A DNA stretch of 64,000 bases from Nemertoderma westbladi (taxonomy: Eukaryota; Animalia; Xenacoelomorpha). Positions 48,273-62,160 of the stretch are shown here, piece by piece. Position numbers and translations under genes: made by a program. Where the stretch lies: assembly GCA_032718475.1 (NCBI GenBank), contig JAUCBJ010001244.1, positions 13,758 to 77,757 of the forward strand, given 5' to 3'. How positions within the stretch are numbered: position 1 is the first letter of the stretch; the number at the start of each line of letters is the position of its first letter. Below the pieces are notes generated by a model. The model saw only the letters and a program-made list of their open reading frames with translations. It was not told the DNA's origin and did not search any database.

Positions 48273-49744
48273 ACATGTAATCTAATAATCTCTCTATGCG
48301 GTTATTGTTGTAGTTGAAACTTTAATTAAATCTACTTATTGCCTTATACTTAATATATCCGCTACTTACATATACCCATCTCTGTAAATCGACAGATCCC
48401 ATATATAGAGGGGGGAGGTGGAGGATACCTGTACGTCATGACCATCAATGACCCCGGGATACGGGAGGTATCTTAGGTTTCTTAATCGTGGTCTGCAGGA
48501 TTTTGTTACTAGGTAGTTTTTAATACATAATACGTACCTAGTTTGATATATAATTATACCTGATCAGCAGTATAGAAGATGATCAATATACCTCTTGTGT
48601 TTGGCAATATTACCTTACGTGTTTTATATATATATCAACACACTCTTGTAACGCATGCTCTTAATTAGCTGCACGGGTCAGCTTTATTAATTTGTATTTA
48701 ATTTTAAATTAATTAATTTCAAGATTCCTATAATCAATAAATATACATTATATAGGTAGTGTGAACACGGCCTAAGGAACGCGGCGTAACGCCGTGAAAA
48801 AACATTAAACTTCCAAACGATGGGACTGGTGGTGCTGCAATATCGCCGGCGGTGACACTTTATTGAAACGCTTGTAGCTAAAGAATAAAATATAAAAATA
48901 CAAATTCTGGCTCAGTCACTAAGGATGAGGGAGGTGAAACTACTGTAGCTCTGTTTCATTCATGCTATTCATTCAAATTTGTATTAAAGTTAGGGGGGGG
49001 GGGGGGGAGGGGCGTGTCATGTATTGAAATTACAAAACTAAATTACAACATTAAATTTAAAAGCATTCAATAATTATTCAATTCATTTTCTTAATCAAAG
49101 AGACCTTGGTGTACTGGTTGCATTGAATTCGCATCTCTTGGAGGTCGTGGGTTCAGTGTTAAGTCTGAGATTTGACAGTGCTGCAGTATGTATTCCAACG
49201 AAAAAATACGGCACGGGTCAGCAGGTACGGAACTGCAAACTACGCTGCGATATGTTGTACCGGTAGGTACATGTGCTGATGTGCGACATGCCGATTGTAC
49301 AGGCTGACCGGGGTGCATGATAGCAAGAAAATATCTGAAAATCAAAATGTTAAAAATTAAAATTTGAATATTAAATAAAAGAATTTAAAAATAATTATTA
49401 AGAATATATTTTATACAATATAGAGCAGTAGAGTAAATAGTTTCTATATCGTTATAGTAGAAAAGGATATATTTTTAAATAAATAAATTGGAGATGAGCT
49501 GTTGCAACTGTAATTAAAGGTGTAATATTATGGTTTTGTTCAGAAGTGGAAAAAAATTAATTTACAAATTTATTTAATTAATATCACCTGGAAGCAATAC
49601 TCGAGCTGAATATCTACTTATTTGCACTCCCCTCCTGTTTCACTCTACAGTAGCATGCTTGAGGCTGTTAGAGATGGAATATAAGCAACTTAAGACTGCC
49701 CTGCCCGTTCAATAGGAGTGGATTAGGTGGGAGTGTGAGTGTCA

Positions 49745-49832
49745 GGGGCTAGTGGCTGAGCTGGTTAGCGCTACTGATGAGGCCTGTTAGGCCGAAACGT
49801 ACGTATAGTATAGCGCTGGTTCAACCCCCGGT
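49745..49832 (+). ncRNA. Type I hammerhead ribozyme within a tRNA-like Pol III (A box/B box) frame
   Basis: agcgcta-CTGATGA(49774-80)-ggcct gtt aggcc-GAAA-cgtac-GTA(49803-05)-tag..agcgct; A box TGGCTGAGCTGG upstream, B box GGTTCAACCC downstream. Confidence 0.85.
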
Positions 49833-50444
49833 GACGCGGTTTCTCATTTTTTCCACTTCTGGACAAAACCATAATATTACACCTATATTTTTAAAAACTT
49901 TCAGTTTCGGATATAGTACACGTATTAATACTGATAAAATATGTTTTTCCCCTCTTGTATGTCTTTGTTTGTCCCCATTATTTCCCTGAAAGGCGTAGTC
50001 AGATAGCCTTCCCTTATACAGGGGTCTGACATTCTGACAGTGGCATACAGTAAGGCAGTGCAGTATGGACATCGCCTTTACCTCTATGTAGCTCTACAAT
50101 ACACTCAGACTCTGGATACATGGATTACCGCGCCTTTAAAGACAGACACAGCATCACACAGTAATTAATGGATTTATTTCATAAAACAATATGAATGGCA
50201 CTGGACATAATACAGATCAATTTTCTTTGCATCATATGATATTATTATATAATCGACAGTTATAAAGAACTGATAACATTGTACTAATTTACTGCTAAAT
50301 ATGTTCCCCAGATAAAAAATATACGGATTATTAGTAGGCATAACTATATAATTATCATTTTACTCTACAGTATTTGCCGGATAAAACATAACATACAGTA
50401 ACTACATAACTATACAGGCATAACTAAACAAAACTAAGCTATTT

Positions 50445-50730
50445 GAAAAGTCTACAAATTTATCCTTCGTTTTAAAGGTAATTTATCCTTAGAATAGTAG
50501 CATAAATTATAATTCTAAACGAAGGATAAAAATTATCAATTCATCCACCCTTCGAAAAGTCTACAAATTTATCCTTCGTTTAGAAGGATAATTTATCCGG
50601 CGAACAGTAGGCATATTTATCCTTCTATTTGCCGGCTAAAAACTAGCTAAATCTTCTGAATCTTCGAATAGTCTTCAAATTTATCCTTCGTTTAGAAGGA
50701 TAATTTATCCTACGAATTGTAGTCTGAATT
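50445..50730. repeat. Palindromic repeat cluster (aaatttatccttcgtttagaaggataattt)
   Basis: 3-4 direct copies plus one inverted copy. Confidence 0.7.
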
Positions 50731-51257
50731 ATCAGACAATTTAGACGGCGAAAATGCTGATAATTTCAAAGAAAATTTATTTCGATCAAATTAGCAGCAT
50801 ATTAGTAGCAATTTCGAAGGATGTGACTTTGCTGGGATATGAGTATCTCGGAACAGGAGGCACAGGAGGACAGCTATGAGATGGCAGCTGGACCACCGAC
50901 TGACGACAGTGTCAACATAACTGTTGGCAACCATGCCGACTATGACGACGCAGCGAGTGATGATGACTTCTGTACATTTTACACAATATTTTTGCATCAA
51001 TCATTTTACGCAATACACGTAATTTATTGTATACAAATTCCAAGCAAATTCCAAATAATTCCAAGCAATTACACCTGGACTACGCTGGGAGGGGAGGGGG
51101 GCTCCCCCACGCTCACAAGTACTATAAATATGAATGACAATTTGGGGTCTGGGACCCACCCTACCGTAGGAAATTCCATGCTACGCGGCTGATTGGTTCT
51201 TAGAGATATATTGATAAGAAAAAGCGAAAAAGGAGTAATAGTTCCCCCCCCCCCCCC

Positions 51258-52125
51258 ATTAATTATATTATGAAAACACGTTTCTGGTGATTTTGTAAAA
51301 TTAATTATATTATGGAAACACGTTTCTGGTGATTTTGTAAAATTAATAAATTATGAAAACACATTTTTGGATGAACATACAAAATTAATTATATTATGAA
51401 ATCACGTTTTTGGTTGAACTGGCAAAATTAATTAGATTATGAAAACACGTTTTTGGACCAATTTTCAAAATTTATTAAATTTGAAAACATTTTTTTGTTG
51501 TTGAGTTAGTAGGCTACTGCAGTAGGACAGCGGGGCGTGAGGCAGAGCCATTCATAGTACTGTAGTAGGCCTAGCTGTATCTAACAAAACCTGTCTAGAC
51601 CAATAGGCCTAGGTTATCATAGCTATGTAGCCGGTAGGCCTACTACAATACAATGCTAGGCACAACAGTACTGCAGTAGGATGGTAGGCCTCTATTGAAT
51701 CGACTACATTACCGACCGGTCCATAACCAAGTATGCAGGAATTACATCATTGGCGAATGAATAGCAATACATATTTGAATTCCCCTCCATGCCTCAAACC
51801 TGTTTTCATAATATAATTAATTTTGCAAGTTCATCCAAAAACGTGTTTTCATAATATAATTAATTTTGCCAGTTCAGCCAAAAACGTGTTTTCATAATAT
51901 AATTAATTTTGTAAGTTCTTCCAAAAACGTGTTTTCATAATATAATTAATTTTGTAAGTTCATCCAAAAACGTGTTTTCATAATATAATTAATTTTGCCA
52001 GTTCAACCAAAAACGTGTTTTCATAATATAACTAATTTTGTAAGTTCATCCAAAAACGTGTTTTCATAATATAATTAATTTTACAACATCACCAAAAACG
52101 TGTTTCCATAATATAATTAATTTTG
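51258..52125. repeat. Foldback-like element with inverted arms of ~43-bp satellite
   Basis: aattaattatattatgaaaacacgtttttgg x~6 on left, reverse complement x~8 on right, unique ~300-bp spacer. Confidence 0.8.
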
Positions 52126-53044
52126 GCCGAATTCAGCCACTGTATTCCAGTGCACAATTTAACAATTTAACGGACATTTTGTTCTTATTTAGATTTACTC
52201 ATTTAGCTTTACACTTTACACAGATGGCAGGGTTTGCCATAACGACGCAACATGACTGACACACAATGTACTGAATACATAATGTAACTGGCATTTGTTT
52301 GAAACAAATGTCAGTTACATTATGTATTAGTTGTTTGTCAGTCATTTCCTGTGGAATGGATCATATATGCAACAAATCTGCAAAGATTAGAGAGATAACT
52401 TAATAGCCATGTCTGCCGGTACCAATATCAAGAGAAAAGTTAGCATCAGGTGACGAATTAACTAGGCCTACTGTATATACCGGTACACTGGCAATTTTTG
52501 TCCTAAAAGAAGATCAGAAATACCCTTACTACTCAACTGACAGCACTATATCTGATCTGTGTAGATTTGTTATTTTGTTCCTTTAAGATAGACGATTTCT
52601 GCAAATCCTTGACAAAAACAAATATTGTTTTCTGCATCAGATGTAGGCCTATCAAACATTCAGCAAGATATTGGAAATAAAAGTACATTGAAATAGTGCA
52701 ATTATACTTCTAAACCTTTATGAACTGAATAAAATTAACTGGAGTACTGTAGAGCAATTATATTTGACACCTTTACGAACTGAGTAAAAAAAGTAACTTG
52801 AATTACTGCAATTATACTTGCTTGAGTAAAGCAATTATATTTGAATGGAAAAGTGATCGTTTATTGTTTTGGTTAGAAAAGCCCGCCTCATTAACCTGCT
52901 CCTTTTCCTCAAAATGGGCTATTTAAAAAAACAAACACAAGTGGTGTGCCACACCAAATTGAATATTAAGCATACCTAGAAACATGGACCGAATAAACAT
53001 AAACGGCCATAATCCTATAATTAATATTATGAGTACTCACCCAC

Positions 53045-53437
53045 GACGAGGTGGTGGGCGTGGGCGCGGCCGTCGAGGGCGGCGATACCGCCCATACACT
53101 GACCGAGATGAAGACAGGCGGATGGGTTTCATCAGTCCCATTGGCGGAACACCAGTTTGACCTGTCTCCACAGGAATTCAGGGACGCGCTAGCCATCCGG
53201 TACGGTAGGCTGCTGGTGGGGGTCCCAAGTCGCTTGACGGCTGTGGTTCAGGCTTCGACCTAAACCACGGCCTCAACTGCAAGAAGGGGGGGGGGGCCTT
53301 GTATTCCAGCGGCATAATGAACTCCGGGATGCCATTGGAGATCTCGCCATGCTAGCTTTCGGACCACGGAACGTTATTCTCGAGCCCGTGGTCCGGGAGC
53401 AGCTCGAGGACGGTACGGGGGACGGACTGCGGTGCGA
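53045..53437 (+). pseudogene. CRE/R2-like (RLE) non-LTR retrotransposon C-terminal fragment
   Basis: GGWVSSVPL...LSPQEFRDALAIRYG / DGCG..FDLNHGLNCKKGG / QRHNELRD...EPVVR...GLRCD: CCHC knuckle plus RH-x3-RD and R.D of an RLE domain. Confidence 0.75.
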
Positions 53438-56165
53438 CGATGGATTGATGGCAATAAACGTCGTTGGAAACTAAGGCCTACTGGCATTCCAATAGCTGTG
53501 GAATTTCTTACATGTAAAGCTGCGAATGGGAATATTATTGCTAAGCAGTTGTTAGATGAGGTATTTCTTCCCATTGCTGCAGGACAATTACATAAGAGAT
53601 TTGTAAGCTCTCTTGAACGTCATAAAAAACCTGCAATTGTTGTATTTTCTTGTATAAGTCCTTTACAAATGAGCCGTTTCTTATTTCATTTGGTATACAT
53701 AATTGGCAGCTTTGAGACAGAGTTAGATCTTCTATCTGTCGAAGATATTCGGACTTCATTCGTCAGAGCAAGTCTTATATCAAATGAGAATAATGTGCCA
53801 GCTGAGGAGGTTAATAGCTTACTTCAATCATATGTTGTGAAAGAGCTCACTTTTCAATCCATTGGAAATATTCAACTCCAGCGTTTCCTCCATCTAGCTA
53901 TTACTGGTGTTAGACAATTCTTTGCTGGAGATGGTTTGCTCTATGAGGCAATAGCTCTCTTTTATGAGGATAGTATTCGGGACCAGTGTACTGAACAAGT
54001 AGCTAATATTGAGAGTATGAGACGCAGAAATTTAGTTGATTCACTATATGAGAAAGATGGTTTGGTATTACCTGATGAGCAGGGTGTTTTACCACAGGAT
54101 CGACAATTAATAACTGCTACCCGAGAATGCCCTCTTAATTGGAAACCTCTTTAGAAATCAGTTCAAGGACAATCACAGGATTCCATTGCTGAGCAACGAG
54201 ATATGTTGCAGATATTAGTAAATGCTATTGATGAATATCAGCATCCATCAACAACATTTGTCCATTCTCCATGGTTAGTAGGAGCACCAGGTGTAGGAAA
54301 GACAACAGTAATGTTGGAAGCTATGGCTTACAGCCTTGCATGTGGTCTGAATGTTATGCTCACAGCAATTACAAGTGAGAGAGCCAGAGTATTAGGGGGT
54401 GAACATCTTCATTTACTTATGCCATTTGGTGTTCATCATGGTAAAATAACATCTACAGGATTAGCTCAAGAATGTCTCTTAAGTTTAGCAAAAAGTCCAT
54501 CTAAACTTGCTTTACTTAAACGATTGAATATCATTTTCTTTGAGGAGTATGGCATGCTTTCTTGTGAACAACTAGCAGCCATTGATCTCATACTGCATAG
54601 AATATGTAACACACAAAGGCCATTTGGTGGAAAATTATTCATAGGATGTGGAGATAGATCATTGCCAACTAGAGCCTGTTGAGGGTCGAGTAGTTTGGCT
54701 TAGTACTCATTTTATTACAACCTTTACTGTTATGGTTTGCTGACATTTTGTTCGTAGTGCAAATGATGAAGAATTGCAACTAGTTATAACAATCTTGCGC
54801 ACATCAAACCCATCCATCTCCTAATTTGATTGATCAAATGATAGGAATATTAAAGAGACGCTGTAACTTCCTTGATAGCTGGGATGATGTCCCAGATGAT
54901 GTCTTAAAGGTTGTAGGAACTCGGGCTGGTGAACAGGAAGTATTACAAAAATATCTTTCACAGCACCGAAACGAAGTTGGAACAGTTTCTATCACTAGCC
55001 ATGATCAGGTAACTAGTGGGAATCCTTCGGAGGATAATTGTTGGAGGGATACCGATTCACCTAGTATTATTAATTTTATAACAAGATCATGTCGTGAGCC
55101 ACAGGAATTGATTCTGTTCCTAAACCAGATCCTCCGTTTCACATATAACAGGCAATCTGTGCAACCTAAATTTTCTAATGGTCAATTGTGTATTCTTACG
55201 AAAGTGCCAGCTGATTGTGATGATACACTGGAAGCAGCTGTTGTCCCTAAAGGATGCCTTCGGATAAACCCTGAAAGTGCAAATACATGGCCATCAGTTA
55301 AATTATCCCAATGTAAACAGCCCCTCCTACAGTTGTTGGTTATGGCAAGAATGCGATAATGGGAAGACGTATACATACAATTCCCATTACATTACTTTTG
55401 TGCAGGCACCATACATGGTGTTCAAGGTCAAGATGCGCCATCATTAGCAACTCAAATAACTATTGATATTAAGAATAAATATAAGATTTGGCTGAAAATG
55501 CAAATAACCACGCTTATTTCTAGGGTATTCGATCTTGGTAACTTTTCATTTGTTGGAATCATGGAGGAAACTTTCAATTGTATACGAATCTTGATGAATA
55601 AGAAATCGCCAAATCAAGATTATATTAAACACTTATTGAGAGGTCTCAATGTTCTTGTCGCTGGAGTATCCCAAGATCCTATAACATTTGAAAAACATCC
55701 TTTCTGACCATACTATATAGATATTCCTTCTTCTTATACAGGATTTGTCTATATGTTGATAAGTATTATGTTCCGTGATAAAGTTATATAGGTCAAACTA
55801 TAGAACTAAAAGCAAGGTTGCTGGCTCATCAGAACAAAACAGGTTCTGATTTTACAAGGAATTCTGCATATCACCCTTGGGCTCTGTATGCCTTTGTCAG
55901 TGGCTTTCCAGGTGAAGGAAAGGGTGACCTTAATACTCGATACCGTAAAGAATTTGAAACTGAATGGCATGCTCTTAATAATACAGGAAAAGCTGGCGGG
56001 GATACAATTGTTGGGCGAGAGTATGTTTTTCAAGTTGGTGTTGAGATAGTTCGAAATTGGAATACTAAAGTATATAATGATGATGATGGAGAAGTCAACA
56101 ATTTCGAGCTGAAAATATGTAAACCATCGATCTCTCAGTATATTTTATATGCTCCTATTCCATAA
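53438..56165 (+). pseudogene. Helentron-like PIF1 helicase + GIY-YIG pseudogene, copy C
   Basis: Same motifs and lesions as copy B. Confidence 0.85.
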
Positions 56166-59100
56166 TTCCAATCTTTGTTGCAGATATATATATATATAAA
56201 TCTTGCTTCTGCATAGAGTATTCCTATTTAGAGATTCCCATACACGGAGGCAACTTACAACCAAGGGAGTATAGCTGCAGGCAACTTACTGCCAAGGGAA
56301 CTTGGTAGACTCTAAGAACAGAGTATAGCTGGAGGTAAATTACAACCAAGGAAACTTGAGAGACTAAGAAGTGTATAGCTGCAGGCAATTTAAAACCACG
56401 AAAACTTGGTAGACTCAAAAGAGTATAGCTGCAGGCAATTTAAAACCAAGAAAACTTGGTAGACTCTAATAAAATAGGACATAGCTGCAGGCAACTTACC
56501 ACAAAGGAAACTTTGGATACTCTAGACTCTTAAGAAAACAGAATGTAGCTGCAGACAACTTACCCTCAAGGAAACTTGGGATTTAAATTTTAAAATAAAT
56601 TGTAAAATTTGTTGATACATTTAATATGTTAACATAGTTATTATATTTTTTTATAATATATGTAATTTTCGTAATTATTTCGCAGTTGTAACAAAGTTGA
56701 GAAGAATTTCGCAGTTGTAACAAAGGTGAAGAGAAGAAGAAAAGGCATCGAAATTACGAATAATGTGATTGCCGGTGACATAAACATAACTTTCACAAAA
56801 TAGACAGTAGATACCTCGTAACAATCAGAGAAACACTGCAGTAAATTGTTCAAATTGCTATAATTATTTATATTGCGCTTCGAATATTATAGGGCCTACT
56901 TCAAATAATATTCAAAAATATATTCACTGCTGTTAAACAGATATTTATTTTAAAAATGTAGATAATTATTCTTCCCCCAAAAAACCATGCCCCTTTTTTA
57001 TGACCTCCCCCACCAACAAATCCCTCTTAGGGAAATTTACTTTATTTTATCTTTTAGATTCAATAATCCCCATAACAATGGCGATGATCCGGGAACTCAA
57101 ACTGATCTCGGGTACCGATGACGCTGTCTTTGTGTTTCACAACAACCTCCCCTGTATCATAAACTCATCAACTCTCTACAAAAAGGATTATCTACCGCGA
57201 TCCGGAGGTTCTATCGATTACTTCAGAGTCGTGGTTTCTACGGACGGGAACCGCGTTGCCTCGGGAACCTATAGGGGTGGGTCGGTGACTGTCTGGGAGT
57301 GGGGAGCGACCGGTTGGTGGGTCGTAGTGGAGGTAGCGGAGAGGGAGTTAGGGATTGGTGGGGGAGGGGATGAATGGAGGGCGGGAATAGACATAAATCC
57401 CTCCAACCGGGACGTCATAGCAACATGTGGGTCCAACAGGGGGATTTCATTAATATCAATACTGGTAGGAAATATAAGAGGTTTCTAACTGGGTGGGGCA
57501 TTCTGGGAGGTTTGGTGTGTTCGGTTCAACGGGTCCCGGTTAGCCAGCTGTTCGGATGATAGTACAGTAAAAGTTTGGCTGACTGGAACCCGGGCAGTTA
57601 GGAACACAATGCCCGATATTGTCCTTTTGAACGCCAAAATTTCGTCGCCAGAACCAATCTAGCTGCATTTTCCCCATAGACTTACATAGGAAAAAATATG
57701 AATGCTAAGCGCATTTGATACATAATTATCGCATTTTAAAATTTATACCACTGAATTCCTTGCAAAATATAATGGAGAGTGCTCTAACAACTGCCAAGCA
57801 ACTAATTGGGTTAATCAATTATCCATTATTACTAAGTATAATTACCAACCTACGGCTATAATAAACAATGTAGAGGGAGTCAGAGTGGTGAACTTTGTAA
57901 AGTTTGAAGTGTAGTGAGTTGCTCAGTGTGAGTGTTAGTGTTGCTTCAACTAAATGTCACAGATCTATTTTTGGAACGAAATTAAAAAGGAAAATATTTG
58001 CGTGATTCCTTGGTTACATAACAATGTTTGTTTAATTGTGAGTCAAAGAAAGTAATTGAGCATTATTATGCAGTTGTGTGGACCAATCATGGCCCCACAA
58101 CAAAGAAAGTAATTGAGACTTATAATAAGGGTGAAGGAAATTGTTACCAAGGAATGGTGAAGGATACTCAGTACCTAGAACGTTCTGAAGCAGTGTTAAT
58201 TGAACACAAAAACATTTTTTCAAACAAAACCATGGATATCATGAAGTCTCTTGGACTGACAACAACGGATGGTGAAGGGGAATGTTTATTAAACCAAGAT
58301 TTCTGGGCTGGAAATATCACTACCCGGCCTGTAGTGATGAGTTTTTTTTGTCCCCACCATCCCATGCCTATTTACTTTTACATGTTCTTGTACTAACGTA
58401 CAAGTATGTGATAGGCGTCTCATGGTCAGCTATCTCACTAAATTATGCTGCTGGCAAAGAGGAAAGGGCCAAGGTCCTTTTCAATGAGTCAGTAGCAGAA
58501 AAAGGCAAGGTTACTGTTGATGTGCTACCCCTTGTCTTGAAAATTTCCGGCTCACAGTTGCCATCTAAAGAAAAAGGGAAGAGGGAACAGGTATCGTCAT
58601 GGGAACATCACGGAACGTCTTAATCTTCAGCAAAGTAATTGTCCTGATTGGGAAAAAAGGGTTTTGGGTATATTTGAGCGAAAAAGTAACAATTTAAAAA
58701 TACAAATGATATATTATATGTATGTACACTTTAAATAGAAAGTATAATGTGCCAACTAATTATATAAAATAATATAAAATAATTGAACTTCACAAAACAC
58801 ACATGCACAATATCAGTTAGCTGATTGTCGGCTCTGTCTTGTTGGCGATAACCATGGGCAGTACGTCTACAATGTGGGTAATGTACTACTAGGTAATGTT
58901 CTTATGGAGATGTACGTACAATCAACTTTTTTGATATACTGGACTTTAATTCTGAACAGCAACATGGACAAACTATCTTCCCTTCAACTACATTAGTAGT
59001 AGAGTCTTGGCCGGCTCGGTGACAGTTAGACCCCACTGCCTGGCGCCATACTGTCTGGGTAACACCTCCTAATTAGGCTAATTAGACCCTAATTGACAGG

Positions 59101-59495
59101 TGTCATCAATTAATTAGTACAATTAAACCCTAATAGGTGTCTTATGACTCCTAATTAGGGTTTAATTGATTATCCTAATTAATCAATCCGATACGCAATG
59201 GTGTCAGTGTTGTCTAACTGTCGCCTAGAGGGCCAAGAGGGTGTCATAAGTGACACCGCAGCTCTTTTATTTATTATTGCTTATTTATTTGTACTTAATT
59301 TTAATTAATTATTTGTATTTAATTTTACTTTATTAATTAAACTTTATTTATTTGTATTAAATAGAAATGGAGATCAAATTAACTAAATAAATGAATACGA
59401 GTCCATATTCTCTATAACGAATACAAGTAAACGTTTTCTGATACATAACGTCTAAAACTGTTGTGGGTCCTTACGCCCTCTTGCCTCTGATCCTA

Positions 59496-59609
<114 letters not shown>

Positions 59610-59933
59610 CTAAAATATCGTAGAGGCCTTCAGTTAATGATTCGCTGGTTCCCAATATCGAAGCGGTGTTTCCGATCAGGATAGCTATCAGGATACGCTG
59701 TAGTAAGAAGCGATGAGAATGGGGCTCAAATGAAATGGAAGGTACAGATAAATATTTTAAGAACTATATATTCATCGCATTTACCTACCTGTTTTTCTTT
59801 TGACCTTATATCACTGTTTCTATACCCCATCCGATACCCGCATCACCCGGATTTCATTGTCGAACCTCACTAGAAGCCGAGGTGTGCAAATGGCGCTGAC
59901 GGGATATGTTAACATAGTTCTCAGTATAAACAG

Positions 59934-60356
59934 ATGCAGTATAAAGGTCTGGCATCTTTCGGCATCATCTGCTCTGCAATGAGCGAGCTCGGTATACTAG
60001 ACTGGGCCCAGCTGGCGACTCTCCTTCCCGCAGAGTTTTCCGGCATAGAGAAGACCTGCCGGGCCTTAATTCAGCATGGCCCCTACATTGGCTATATGGC
60101 GGGTCACTCTAACCTGGTCCGATCTTCCATGTACCCCCTGCTACTCACCATATGCAGGTCCTTAGGATCTAGTGAGTCTCAAGAGAGATACCGTGGAGGA
60201 AAGAACGATCGACTCTATATTGGAGCTCGATCATGGTTGACAGCTGCTAAGGACAAAATAAGGAATGCGGGCGCAGCAATGGCTGGTGCTAATGTCGAGG
60301 GGGAGGAGGTCGCCGAACGTGTCATGGCGTTTGCTCGTGAGTATCACCACAAGTGA
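59934..60356 (+). CDS. Second copy of the nucleoprotein-like EVE
   Basis: Identical translation to 47850-48272. Confidence 0.6.
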   Translation: MQYKGLASFGIICSAMSELGILDWAQLATLLPAEFSGIEKTCRALIQHGPYIGYMAGHSNLVRSSMYPLLLTICRSLGSSESQERYRGGKNDRLYIGARSWLTAAKDKIRNAGAAMAGANVEGEEVAERVMAFAREYHHK

Positions 60357-61828
60357 ACATGTAATCTAATAATCTCTCTATGCGGTTATTGTTGTAGTTG
60401 AAACTTTAATTAAATCTACTTATTGCCTTATACTTAATATATCCGCTACTTACATATACCCATCTCTGTAAATCGACAGATCCCATATATAGAGGGGGGA
60501 GGTGGAGGATACCTGTACGTCATGACCATCAATGACCCCGGGATACGGGAGGTATCTTAGGTTTCTTAATCGTGGTCTGCAGGATTTTGTTACTAGGTAG
60601 TTTTTAATACATAATACGTACCTAGTTTGATATATAATTATACCTGATCAGCAGTATAGAAGATGATCAATATACCTCTTGTGTTTGGCAATATTACCTT
60701 ACGTGTTTTATATATATATCAACACACTCTTGTAACGCATGCTCTTAATTAGCTGCACGGGTCAGCTTTATTAATTTGTATTTAATTTTAAATTAATTAA
60801 TTTCAAGATTCCTATAATCAATAAATATACATTATATAGGTAGTGTGAACACGGCCTAAGGAACGCGGCGTAACGCCGTGAAAAAACATTAAACTTCCAA
60901 ACGATGGGACTGGTGGTGCTGCAATATCGCCGGCGGTGACACTTTATTGAAACGCTTGTAGCTAAAGAATAAAATATAAAAATACAAATTCTGGCTCAGT
61001 CACTAAGGATGAGGGAGGTGAAACTACTGTAGCTCTGTTTCATTCATGCTATTCATTCAAATTTGTATTAAAGTTAGGGGGGGGGGGGGGGAGGGGCGTG
61101 TCATGTATTGAAATTACAAAACTAAATTACAACATTAAATTTAAAAGCATTCAATAATTATTCAATTCATTTTCTTAATCAAAGAGACCTTGGTGTACTG
61201 GTTGCATTGAATTCGCATCTCTTGGAGGTCGTGGGTTCAGTGTTAAGTCTGAGATTTGACAGTGCTGCAGTATGTATTCCAACGAAAAAATACGGCACGG
61301 GTCAGCAGGTACGGAACTGCAAACTACGCTGCGATATGTTGTACCGGTAGGTACATGTGCTGATGTGCGACATGCCGATTGTACAGGCTGACCGGGGTGC
61401 ATGATAGCAAGAAAATATCTGAAAATCAAAATGTTAAAAATTAAAATTTGAATATTAAATAAAAGAATTTAAAAATAATTATTAAGAATATATTTTATAC
61501 AATATAGAGCAGTAGAGTAAATAGTTTCTATATCGTTATAGTAGAAAAGGATATATTTTTAAATAAATAAATTGGAGATGAGCTGTTGCAACTGTAATTA
61601 AAGGTGTAATATTATGGTTTTGTTCAGAAGTGGAAAAAAATTAATTTACAAATTTATTTAATTAATATCACCTGGAAGCAATACTCGAGCTGAATATCTA
61701 CTTATTTGCACTCCCCTCCTGTTTCACTCTACAGTAGCATGCTTGAGGCTGTTAGAGATGGAATATAAGCAACTTAAGACTGCCCTGCCCGTTCAATAGG
61801 AGTGGATTAGGTGGGAGTGTGAGTGTCA

Positions 61829-61916
61829 GGGGCTAGTGGCTGAGCTGGTTAGCGCTACTGATGAGGCCTGTTAGGCCGAAACGTACGTATAGTATAGCGC
61901 TGGTTCAACCCCCGGT
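61829..61916 (+). ncRNA. Second copy of the tRNA-framed hammerhead ribozyme
   Basis: Identical to 49745-49832. Confidence 0.85.
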
Positions 61917-62160
61917 GACGCGGTTTCTCATTTTTTCCACTTCTGGACAAAACCATAATATTACACCTATATTTTTAAAAACTTTCAGTTTCGGATATAG
62001 TACACGTATTAATACTGATAAAATATGTTTTTCCCCTCTTGTATGTCTTTGTTTGTCCCCATTATTTCCCTGAAAGGCGTAGTCAGATAGCCTTCCCTTA
62101 TACAGGGGTCTGACATTCTGACAGTGGCATACAGTAAGGCAGTGCAGTATGGACATCGCC

